Below the pieces are notes generated by a model. That model was not told the DNA's origin, made no database searches, and saw only the letters and a program-made list of their open reading frames with translations. Positions 18,701 through 64,000 of a stretch of DNA of 64,000 nucleotides are shown piece after piece (positions within the stretch are counted from its first letter, which is position 1; each line of letters opens with the position of its first letter). Source of the stretch: the human T2T-CHM13v2.0 reference genome, Homo sapiens; the NCBI RefSeq assembly GCF_009914755.1, contig NC_060929.1. One strand, 5' to 3'. The position numbers and the translations under genes are program-made.

Positions 18701-19529
18701 TGGAGTGGGGCTGACTGGGCCAGCACATGGGAAAGAGACCAGCCAGGAGGCTGTGGCAGCACCCAGCACAAGACAGGGGGGACAGCATTGGGGCTGCTGC
18801 TTGTGGCATATAGAGAGAGTGGAGTTGTGTGGTTTGGGGGCCCTGCTGGGAGGGTGTTGCTGGGGGGTATCGGAGAAGGGGATGGAGCTGGGAGAGATTT
18901 AGGAAGCAGAACGGACAGGCCCTTGTGTCTGACTAGAGATAGGGAGAGTGGGAAGGATGAGCTTGTGCAATGGCTTGGGAAGGGAGATGGAGGTTTTGAG
19001 TGTATGAGGTCTGAGGTGTTTTCCAGGCCAGAGGAATGGTGTGTGGGAAGCTCATTTGGTGGCCCCAACTGTGGCCCCCTTGCAGAAGCTCATTTTGAGA
19101 TGCAGGCAGAAAGAAGAGCCACACATAGCCCACTGCAGGGGATGGATGGTGGGCTTCAGGCACCAGCAGGGGAGGGCCCTGAGCAGGGCTAGGCCAGCTC
19201 AGATGGCAGCTGCCCCTGTGGAAGCCAGGATAATCCTGCCACTAACTTGCAGACCCCAATTCCCTTACCTCATTTTGCTTCTTCACACTTTCTTGGCAAA
19301 ACCCCAACCCTGGTTAAATCCAATGCCTGGCCTACCCCACTCCTGCACATGCAGCTGAATGGGGCTGAGCAAAACAACTGCCCTGACTGTTCTCACTTTC
19401 AGTCCAAGCCCATGAACTCTGAACTTCAGGTGGGTCCTTAGTGCAGTCCACCAGGCACAGCACAGGTTCTGAAGTTGTCGCCTCTCCCACATGCTAGATG
19501 ATTCTTTCACACTTGCTCTTTGTGTGTGT

Positions 19530-20350
<821 letters not shown>

Positions 20351-23300
20351 CTAGACTCATTGTCTCCACATCCTCTCCTCCTGCTCTCTCTTGACTCTAC
20401 TCTTATGGGGCTCCACTCCGCTGACCTCTCCTCTCAAGGTCATCAGTAATGTTCCTGTCGCTGCACCCAGTGGTCAATTCTCAGTCTTATTGGCAGCATT
20501 TGACACATCCAGTCTTCCTCTTCCTTGAAATACCTTCCTTGGCTTCCAGGACACCCATTCTTCTGTTTTCCTCCTACCTTGTGGGTTGCTCCTTCTCAGC
20601 CTCCTTTGCTGGTTCCTCTTCTCCCCCTCCCACCTCTTGATATCAGGGTGCCCCAGCACTTGCCCTGCACAGGCTCTCTCCCCCATCTCCACTCCTCCAT
20701 ACAGATCCCATCCAGTCTTGTGGCTTTAAGTATCACCTATGTACTGCCAGCCCCCAAATTTAAATCCCAAGTCTCAACCTCTCACCCGACTCCAGTAGCC
20801 TACACAGCATCTCAACTTTCATCTCAACTTTCCTGTCTGTCAGACAACCCCCCTCAACTTGCCCTGATCTTCCTCCCCAAACCTGCTCCACCCAGTTTCT
20901 CTTCTTGAGCGGCAACTCCATCCTTCTAGTTGTTCAGGGCACAAATGTTGGCGTCACTCTTGGGTCCCCTCTCTCTCTCCTGCCCCATGTACAGCACATG
21001 GATGGGTGGGTGAGGCTTTAGAGTGCCTGACTTCCCTTCAGCGGGCCATGGGCAAGAGAGGAGGTGACAGTGAAATGGCCCAGCACAGCCCCTTTCACAC
21101 CTGCTTACTTCGTACCACATGCTGTTGTATTTTCATCAAGGAGGCCACAACCTGCAGACCCTGAGCCGAAGTCCTAAAGAGGAGACAAGACTGGACAGGG
21201 AAGAGGAGGGAGAGGAAGGGAGGACTCGCCTGGGGAGAGATGAAGAGACGCTACATAACACAGAGATTGGGGAGGGGGTGGGGAGGAAGGCCACAGTTGG
21301 GGAGGCAGAGAAGGAGAGGAGTTGGGGGGCCTGGACAGAGAATGTGAGGACTTAGAGGGTTTGGGGTGTGTGAAAACTGGGCAGACAGAAGGGAGGAGGA
21401 AGCTTCTTGGTTTCTGTCTCTTGGCTGTTGAAGCAGACTGTGGGGAGCTACTCAGAGGTGGAGCTCTCTCAGGTCTGCCTCTGCCCAGGTGTTGTATCCG
21501 AGGCTGGGCTGGTTGGGAGGATTTGCACTTGGTCAGTCCATTGTAGCTCTCAGGATTCAACTCTCAACCCACAGGCTCATGTTAGCCTGTGGGCTCCATG
21601 AGCCTGTGGGTTGAAGCAGTGTGAGTCCAGTGCCCTCCGAAGTTGGAGGAAGGTGGCCCAGTGGTCAGTCTGGCTGTGAACTCTCTTGACCAAGACAGCT
21701 TAGTCCTTTGTGGTTCCTGATAACTGAGGGTTCACCCCGTAGGGAAGTCAGTTGGGCATAGAGTCACCAGCTGTAAACATGATTTGAAATTTGACAGCAG
21801 ACTTTGTGGATTTCATTAGTGTTAAGGGCTCTTCAACCAGCATGCAGATGTACGCAAATGCTAAGCAAATGAGGGTGCCAATTGGCTGGGGGGTTGGGGA
21901 GAGAAGCAAGCTGGGAGATGTCTAGGAATGACCTTTGTGGAGCAAGCTCCAAGGGCCCCTGAGAATCCCAGCAGAGCACATGCAGGATAAGATGCAAATG
22001 TGCATGCAGCCCCGGGGACTTCTGCCTGCCTGACCATGAGAACATGAGCCCAAGGCAAGGGCTGGTTCCCTGATGGCCACACTGAGAGAAGGAAAGCAGG
22101 TGGGGGCTGGTTATCACTCCAAACAGGCATTACCTGAAAGGGATGGGCATCTTTAAAGAGGGCGTAGGTTCTTGGCCCTTGCCCTACACTTGTGTGCCCT
22201 GAGATGGAAAGATAGGAGTGAGCCTGGCCTTGGGTGAGGGTGTTGGGAGGGCAGGACAGTAGGGACCTCAGCTGCCTTGGGAAAGGGAGGGGATGCCCTC
22301 TCTGGCCCCCCTCCTGGCCCCACGGGAGTCTTTGATTTGCCTCTACCCTCTAGCTGGGCTTCTGAAGCCCCTGCCTCAGAACTTGCTCTGACAGCTGCCA
22401 AGGACGCATATCCAATGGGTGCTGGCTGAGTGGCCTGTGCTGTGTGCTGCTGTCCTGGGCATGGCACCCCTGGGGGTAGCCAGCTTGGTTCCTTGCAGCC
22501 CCCAGAAGGTTTTGGGAGGCAGCAGCCCTCCCTTGAGCACTGAACACATGCCATCTCCTTTAGTCCTCACAGGTGCCTTGAGAAGACAAATGCTCTTGGC
22601 ACCCCCCATTTATGGAGGAGGACACCGAGCTCAGATAGACAGGCAGTTTTCCTGAAGTCACACAGCTTGTGGCTAGCAGAGCTTGGATTTGGAGCCAGGT
22701 CTTTCTGAGCACACAGGAAAGGGCACTGACCCACTCTCCCGGACTGTCCCAGTCTGAGGCCCTTGCAGCACAAGGCGGTCCAAGCTGGGAAGACCAAGTG
22801 GGTTAAGAGGGTTTAGGGTCACTTTGGGATGTGGAATCCGGGAAGTTCCCTAGGCTCCTGGGTGGGCGTCCCTTCCAAATTATCCTGGGCATCTCCCTGG
22901 GCAGTTGGGATGTGGAGGAGGCTGGCCTGGGCTTAGGGAGGGGGCCTGGAGCTCTTGGAGGTGGGAAGATCCTTAACTCCAGGCCCCTTGGTTGGCAGAG
23001 GCTACAAGGGAGCATGGTTAGGGGGGCCCAACTGAGGGCTTCCTGGCAGCACCCTACTGCCCATGCTGCCAGTGGCCTAGCAGGTCCTGTGGAGCCCTGG
23101 AGCACTCCAGGCCTGGCCATCCTAGGCCCCATTGCGGTGTGGGCATCGCTGTTCAGGGTCTGTTTTGACACTCCCTACATGCCACATGTTTGCATTGATC
23201 ATCTCTTTTAAGTGTCTGTGTGTGTCTTGTGTGTTCATGTGTGTTCACATGTGTTTGTGTGTCTGAAGATCCTAGCCCATGTGCTAAAATCTGGGTGATC

Positions 23301-23946
23301 TAGGGAATCTTGGGTTGGGATTTTGGGGAAGAGTAGTGAACCAGTGGGGGTGTTCAGGGTGGGTTTCCAGGGGGCAGAGAATAGGTCCAAGAAAGATTTC
23401 TTTGCCAAGTAACCCTCATGGAGCTCTCTCCAAGTATCCAATGTTGGTTGGCAGGTCCTTGGAGACTGTCCAGATTAGGGTATGGAATCAAGGATGGATA
23501 GAGGGCTTTGAGCCTTTCCAGATATACTCTAAATGTTGCACACATTTGTGAGATTTCCAGGGCAGGATCTTCCATCAAGTGCACAAAGAGGTCCAGGACT
23601 TGGAACTGGTTAGGTATCAATGGTGCACGTGGGGACATGAGGTCAGAGAGGGGTTTTTTTGTGCCCAACTTCCCCTAGCCCACTGGAAGCAAAACGTGAG
23701 GGTCCTGGTGCTCCTAGATTTGCTTCCCTGGGTCAGCTGTGGTCTCAGCCTTGCCACCACACTGACATTCCAGAACAATTTTCTCTGATCCCAGTCCCTT
23801 CTGCATACCCAGGATGGTTTTGACCCTGGATGCCCGATGATGTAGATCTCGCTGCCCTTAACCTTGCCCATAGGCCTGCCAGTGCCTTGTCCACCTTACC
23901 AGGCAAATTAGGGGGATTGCCTCATGAGCGGCTGCCCAGTTCCCTC

Positions 23947-24192
23947 TGTGTGTGTGCGTGTGTGTGTGTCTGTGTGCATGTGTGTGTGCGTGCGTGTGTG
24001 CATGTCTGTGAACGTGTGTGTGCATGTGTCTGCACGTGTGCGTGTGTATGTGTGCGTGTGTGCGTGCGTGTGTGCATGTGTGTGTCTCTGTGTGTGTGTG
24101 AGTGTGTGCGTGTGTGTGTATTGTGCATGTGTGTGCGCATGTGTGTGTGCACGTGCGCGTGTGTCTGGGCATGTGTACATGTGTGCATGTGC
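23947..24192. repeat. Imperfect (TG)n/(TGCG)/(TGCA) alternating purine-pyrimidine repeat
   Basis: ~245 bp directly visible. Confidence 0.95.
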
Positions 24193-27100
24193 CTACCCAT
24201 ACCTGTATTGTATGTCTGCTGTCAGGTCCTGCACCCATGCACTTGCCCCTGTGTCTTATAGAGCATGCTGGCCTCTGGAGCCCTCCCTGGTGGGCCCCAC
24301 CTCCAGCCCTGCCCTTGGGTTTCCCACAGTCCCTGGCTTGGATCCCACCATAAAAGGGACCGTAAGATTATTTCTTTGACAATCTAGCATTCCATCAGAA
24401 TCTCAGCCTTGCTGCTTTCCAGCTTTGTGACTCCGAGCAGTTCCTCAATCTCTCTTAGCCTCTGCCACAAATAGGCATGATGATAATCCCTGTTATTCAT
24501 CTAACAAATACTTCTAAAGGCCTGCTGTGTGCCAAGCATTGCACTGGACTCTGGGGACACAGCCGTGAACATGACATAGTCCCCACCCTCACTGAACTTA
24601 CATCCTAGTACAGAGATAGGCAGGGAATCAGTAAACACATAGAAAAGGGAGCTTCAGTTCTACTGAGTGCTATGGTGCTCCATCACTCCATGATGCAGTG
24701 CCAGGGGTCAGAGAGGGCCTTTCTCAGGAGGCAGTGTTGGAGTTGAGCCCTGAGTGGCAGAAGAAGCTCTTTTAAAGATCTAGGGAAAGAGCATTCTAGG
24801 CCACGGGTATAGCTGGTGCAAAGGCCCTGAGGTGGGAATGAACTCAGGGAGCGGAAAGAAGGCCACTGTGGCTGATGTGGGAGAGCATGGGGACATGGGG
24901 TAGAGGGCAGCAGAACCAGCTCCTGCAGGACCTTTTCAGGCCATGCTGGGGAGACTGGATTCTAATCTAGGGGAGATGGTTAGAGGATTATGAGGAGGGA
25001 GGAAGGATTGTGTTTTTGCAACTCCCTCCAGCTGCCACAGGGAGAGTGAGGAGGGGGACAGAGTTGCTCAGGAGAGCTGAGACCCAGGAAGTGCTTGACT
25101 CTGCACTCAGCCCTGGCAGTTGGCTGAGCCAGGGTTCCACTATCATTATAGGACCTACCTTAGCTGGTGTTGAAAAGAGGCTGCCGAGCCCAAGGTCATT
25201 CCAAGGGCTGAGGCTAGTGGGAGACCCTGCCTGGAGAGGGGCTTGGATCAGGCCAAGAGAGGCTGCAGGGGATCTTGGCCAATGCCAGCCTGTCATTTGC
25301 AGGCGTCTCCTTGGGATGGGTGCCCAGTGGCCCAGCTGCACCCGCTCCCCTGCTCTTGCCAGCAGGGCTGGAGGTGGGAAGGGCCACTGCTTTGGGCCAA
25401 CTCTCTTGGTTGAGGGTTTGGGCCCTTGATCTCCTGGGAGAGTTTGGCAGGGGTCCTGGGAAACTGGGGGCTCATTCTGCGTCTCCAGCCCATCTAGCTG
25501 CAGAGGGAGGCTACTCCTGGGTTCTAGAGACAGCTACGCTGTGGGGCCTCAGGCAAAGCCTTTCTGGGTTCTGTGCCTCAGCCTTCCTCATTTGTCAAAT
25601 ATGGCGGTAGAAAGGGTGGAGCACAGCTGCCTTTCATCCTTAACCTTGCAGGGAGTTTGCCCTTCCTTGGACCTTAGCTCTCTCAGCTTTCATGACGTTT
25701 AGTTTCCCACTGGCCCTGGGGGAGAACAGAGGTGATGCTCCCACTCTGTAGATGGGCTCACAAAGGCAAGAGGGAGCAATGATGAGTCCCAGGACACATA
25801 GCAGTTCAGAGTGAGCATGTGGGGCATCGTTTTACACCTCTACCCTAAAGCCTCCCCTTTATGCAGCCCTTGCTTGGGCTCAGCAAGAGAGGGGGTTCTG
25901 GCTCAGCTACTTCTGGGCTCAGCTGGTCTGCAGCCCAGGCAGGGACTCTGGGCCCCCCGCCCAGAGTAGAACTCAATGCTGCCCCTTGTCTGCCCACCCC
26001 CAGAAACAAAGGATGTGGCCCAGTGCCTGGTGTTGGCAGGCTCCCGCTCCCAGCTAAAGGAGGACATAGCAGGGCAGGTAGGGCTGGAGCTAGCCTGAGG
26101 CAGCTGCTGGAACTTGGGGGTAGGGCGGAGGGGCTCCCAAGAGGTCCTCAATCTGTCCACAATTCTAGCTTTGGTGCTGGTGTAGGCTGAGCATCAAGTG
26201 AAGCTGCTGATACTCTTAAACCTCAGGTTTCATGAAGGCTTAGGCAGAGCCCTGACTCAAAATGGTGGGCTCAGCCTCTAGGTATGTGTAGGGGAGCTTG
26301 AGTCATCCTGGTGAAATCGGGTTGAAACCCTGTGCCCCAGAGCCAATGCTCATCCAGGCCCCTGGGCTAGAAAGCAGGTCAGAGGACTGGAACTCAGGCA
26401 GCAGGCCAAAAGCCCCCACTTCTTTTTCCTTTCTAAATGCCCCCCCTCCCCCCGCTCAGGAGTCTCAGTTGAGAAAGTGACTTCTTGTTTCTCCTCCTCT
26501 GAGTATACAACCAGAGGGAACCGATTGAAATAGCAACTACAGCAGCAGGGATTTAGGGCAGACCAGAAAGAATTCCTCACTCAGTGCTCAACCTCTAGAG
26601 GTCTCCGATGTCCTAGGATCAGGGCCCAGATATTTTAGAGCCTGGCTTTTGAGATGTTTAAGTCTGTGGGCTTTTTTTTTAAAGTAAAAGTCTCCCTTAT
26701 GAAGTTATCAAAATTCTAGGAGGTGAGGGTCAGTGTAAACGGGCGGCGTCCCAGGTCTGCTGTTCTACTCTCCTCTTTTCCACTCCATGTTTGAAAACCC
26801 AGGTTAAATAATCTTAACTGGACAGTGGTGGTTGAGCTTCCCTCAAGGGCCCAGAATTCCTGAGAAGTGGACCCGCCTCCCTCCCCAGGCTCTTGTTCTC
26901 TAAGTGAGACTTTTCTTCTGGAGCCTACCCCAGTGTTCCCACACTTGCCTCGTTATAAGAATCACAGAGGAGCATACCCCTTCCCTGTAGCTTCTGGTTC
27001 GGGAGGTCTGGGGTAGGGCCTGGTAATCTGCATTGTACCAAGTCCCTCAGGTGGTGTTTATGACCAGGCAAGTATAGGAAGTTTGAGCCTCACTTATATC

Positions 27101-27841
27101 CCTGTTGTTGCCCCTGCAGCTCATTCTGCTGTAGCCTAGAAGGGCAGCCAGTGCCTCTCTTGAACCCCCAGCATCCCTCTCCAGAGCAGAGTGGTAGCCA
27201 AGGCCCAACAAGGGGAGGAAGGAAGTGGCCCAGCCAGAACTGGGAGAAATGGCCCAGATTCCTGTTTCTGTCCAGGGCATTTGGAGGGGCTGATCTGTGT
27301 CCCCACTGGCAGAGGCCACTTGCGGAGGGGGTTAGCCTAGCCTAGGTGGGGCCAGGGGCAGACAGGGGAGGAGGGGAGAGCCAGAACACAGCCTGTTACA
27401 CATTACATCTGCCCTCTACATCTGGGATTAGGTTGGGCAGGAAGCCTCTGGGAAATGTGGGCTGGTCCCAACCCATTTGAAACAGTGGCGGTGAAGATGA
27501 TGGGTAAATGGGTCTCCTCATTTTACAGAAGAGAAACAGACCCAGAGGGGAGTGGGGCTGGCCTGGGCAGGCCAGTGAGGAGGCCTGACCTGGACTCACA
27601 CGAGGTCATGCAGGGAGTTGGGCAGAGCAGGGCCTGACTCCCCTTCCAGTGCTCTCCCCAGAGTGCCCCTTGGCGGCCTCCTCATGAGTCCCTCCTCGCA
27701 GCTGGGTGAGCTCTGATGGGGGCCCGGGAGTGGAGGGGAACCCCAGGCCTCCTCCTTCCTCCCAGACAGCTGGGGCTCTGGGCGCTGTGTGTGGTGGAGG
27801 CAGCCCGGGCTCTCTGAGAGGCTCCCGGGTGGCACCGCCCA

Positions 27842-27862
27842 CCCAGCACCCTGGACAGCGCC
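27842..27862 (+). promoter_or_regulatory. REST/NRSF binding site (RE1/NRSE)
   Basis: CCCAGCACCCTGGACAGCGCC versus consensus TTCAGCACCnnGGACAGCGCC; both half-sites and the 2-nt spacer are intact. Confidence 0.8.
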
Positions 27863-28232
27863 CCACGCTGGGCTATCCCTGTCTGTCTCCAGGCTTCACT
27901 TTGGCTTCTGGGGTGGGCCCTGCTCCAATTAGGCTGCGTCTGTTGACTTCCTTGCCTCCTCTCTTAACTCCTCCTTGAAGATAGCCTCCCAGCCTAGTTA
28001 TCTCCATTAATCACAAAGGTAAGTTTCGCTCATCTTTGGCTCCTGGAGCCAGGGTAAGAACACGGGAAGAGGCTAGGGGACCGGCTGCTGACAGCCTGTG
28101 GTTTGTCACCATCACTCACCAGCGGGAATGGGAGGGGGCCCTACTGGACCCTTCTCCACTTCCTCCCCACCTGGATCTTCCTCAGAGGGCTTTGGTGAAC
28201 TCTGGCGGGCACAGCAGAGACACAAGAGGTAA

Positions 28233-61576
<33,344 letters not shown>

Positions 61577-63570
61577 CTGACATGGATTTGCAGACCCCAG
61601 GGTGGGCAGATGTCTCCAGTGGGGTCAGTGAGCACAATTCCAGCCAGGGGCCACTTGGACCAAGCTCCAGTCAGTTGATGGGCAGCTAGAGGGGTGCAGA
61701 AAGCCTGTGGGCCCAGGAGATGGAGATGCCGTTTGTGGCGTTGATCTCCTTGCGTCCTTGGGCATCTCCGGGCATCAGACCCTCTCCCTGGCCCTTGTTT
61801 TCCTCTCCACCATGGAGCCTCATTTTGTAGGCCAGTTGTGTGCATGCTCTAGACACCACCTCGCTGGAGAAGCTGGAAGGGCTGTTGTCTTCCCAGGTCT
61901 TTCTCTTCTCATCAAGCTCCTCTCCTCATCTTTTTTGTGTGTGAGGGCAGGTCTTGACTCTAGGTCTCAGCTGGAACCCCACCCTTTCTCCTCCTCCTTC
62001 CTCTGAGTTGACCAGCAGCAGGTCTGCCGACCACCAGCACCATCCTCTCCTCCCAGCAGCCTCCAGAACCATGCCCAGGTCTCCTGCCTCACATCACAAT
62101 AATCTGGGACCCAGGCTTGTGCCCTTTCAGTGTAAAGCTGACTCCATCACATGTGCATCCACTTCTTTTCATCCATTGAGATCACACTGCCTCCTTTTTA
62201 TACAGACACAAATATACATCTATAAGAATAATATATACATAAGGAACCCCTGAAAGATGGTTTTGGAACTGGAATCAGTTAGAGGATGAAATCAGATAAA
62301 GGAAAAGCCTATTTTGGAGCTTCCCCTGTTAGGAAGGATGGCTGCACCTGGCCCCCTGGCATTCCTGACGCTCTAGGAGGGAAGGGGGAGGCAGTGCTGG
62401 CCTCCCTTGCCCTGTTTTTCCCTCTTCCAGCTGACCTGTGACTTATACTGCTCTTACCGATGATACTTTTGGAAAAAATAGAGCGTGTATGCACCGCCCC
62501 GTTTGTCCCATGGATATCCTGGGGTGTGAGTCGGATGGGACCACGGCCCTGTTTATATTTGGGTCTTTATGTTGGTGCTGCCAGGTCTCTGAGCTCCAGA
62601 GGTGGCCTCTTGGACAGATCTACTGCTATAGGAATAAAAGACACTCTGTCTCGCAAATGGCTGCTTGTCAACAAGCCCAAAGATGCTTGTCGGAGGACGG
62701 TTATGGAAGCCCTTAATTCTTGGTTGTGGGAAAAGGTGGAATGACAAGTTATTGATTGTTTTTCTGTCGCTATTTCTTTCATTTGTCTAGTGAATCAGAA
62801 AGGCTTAGCCAAGGCCACATCTGGGAAGAGTGGAGAAATTTGCCACTTGACGATCACGGATTAGCTAGCACCTTTAAGCCCTGCATTTCTCCAACTGACA
62901 AGTGGGTGGGGGTGATGGCACATTCAGTGTGGCTATGAAGAGCGAATCCTCTCTATTGTTTAAATAGATTACTGTAGTTTGGCCAGGAATTTGGCGTCAG
63001 TGGTAACACACTTAGTTAATAAAATAAGCCAGGCTTGCAACTAAGTATCTAACTTTACAGGCCCACTCACATTTGAGGCAAGGGGCTATTGAGTATGTGG
63101 AGAGATGTAGTGATTTAAATTCAGATTATTTAAGTTGGATCAGCTGAAGTGTGTTTTAGACCCAAACCATCTGGCCCCTTCGTTTTGCTCAGAGGAAGTA
63201 AATGTTCACTTAAATGAAATTGAAAACGCCATGTGGCACCACAAAAGAGCTCTCTGTACTTTCCCCATGCTGCCTCAAAAGTTCTGTGAGTTTCGGGGTC
63301 AGTGTCCCACCCTTCACTTCCCGAGGGCGGGTGAGTGGAGAGCAGAGCCAGGAGCTCTGGCAGCTGTGGACAGATGTGCTTCCTGAGCATGGGTTGTGCC
63401 TCCCATCAGTAAAAAAATGTTTAGTTCACTTCCTTAATTGTATAATTATTTATTTGTAAATTATATACATGTACTACTGTACTAAAATATTATGTACATT
63501 ATAAAACATACACAAAAATAGAAATTTAAAAAAGATGAGATGAAAATAAATCTAAGTCAAAGTTCTAATA
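61577..63570 (+). other. PSD2: PSD2 3'UTR (end approximate)
   Basis: Repeat-poor sequence after the stop codon, ending in an AU-rich block with AATAAA at 63545-63550. Confidence 0.8.
63545..63550 (+). terminator. Distal polyadenylation signal AATAAA
   Basis: Canonical hexamer preceded by five TGTA (CFIm-type) motifs at 63439, 63455, 63470, 63478 and 63493, followed by a pyrimidine-rich downstream tract. Confidence 0.8.
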
Positions 63571-63678
63571 GTTCTTCCTGCATTCGAATGGATCCTCACC
63601 ACCCACAACTGCTGCCTCCAACATGCCCATTTTCTAGGACTGTTCAAATTCAGGACTGGTGACATGCAATAAGTGGTT

Positions 63679-63696
63679 TGCGCCACCTGGTGGTCC
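63679..63696 (-). promoter_or_regulatory. CTCF motif, reverse
   Basis: Minus strand reads GGACCACCAGGTGGCGCA, a near-consensus core, ~130 bp past the distal poly(A) signal. Confidence 0.78.
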
Positions 63697-64000
63697 TGGG
63701 AAGTGGCCTCGGGCTCAGGGACTTCTGGGGGTTGCCCCTTGAGGACGGTGTCTCTTGCGCCTTCATCCTCTCATTCAATGAGGGCCAACTGTGTGCTGCA
63801 CGCTGGGCGGGGTGATGGGGATACGGTGGTGGGAGGAAGTTTGGCTGCCTGTCCTCGTGGGGCTCACAGTTTCGTGAGGAGAAGAACAGGCAGTTACCAT
63901 TACCACTTGGGCCTCTGGGAGGGGCTGGAAAGAGAAGCCAAAAAATGACCTGGAAGAGAAAAGAAAGAACTGGGAAAGTGGGGATGAAGCCTCTGACTTG

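Noticed and set aside
23830-24379. Cys-Val and His-Thr repeat ORFs
   Set aside because: Readings of the (TG)n repeat

Overview
Human-type (primate) genomic DNA containing the complete PSD2 (EFA6C, an ARF6 GEF with Sec7, PH and coiled-coil domains) gene on the + strand. It has a CpG-island promoter with non-coding exon 1 (ends 15063) and 14 coding exons (ATG 28530 to TAG 61576). I joined these by hand into 2316 nt = 771 aa + stop, with all junctions GT-AG and phase-consistent. A ~2 kb 3'UTR follows. The rest is Alu/L1/L2/MIR/LTR/DNA-transposon-rich intronic and upstream sequence, plus a second CpG island ~7 kb upstream. Most notable observations: (1) a candidate hidden 3-nt neural microexon (GTG, Val) in intron 7 within the Sec7 domain, with SRRM4-, RBFOX- and NOVA-type motifs around it; (2) two MER85 piggyBac MITEs (CSB-PGBD3 targets) 22.5 kb apart in the same gene; (3) a near-consensus REST/RE1 site next to a candidate unannotated 5'UTR exon; (4) convergent CTCF motifs bracketing the whole gene; (5) local non-tandem duplications, perfect hairpins and a nuclear-receptor DR1 array. 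All coordinates were counted by eye. Repeat boundaries are approximate and no database search was run.
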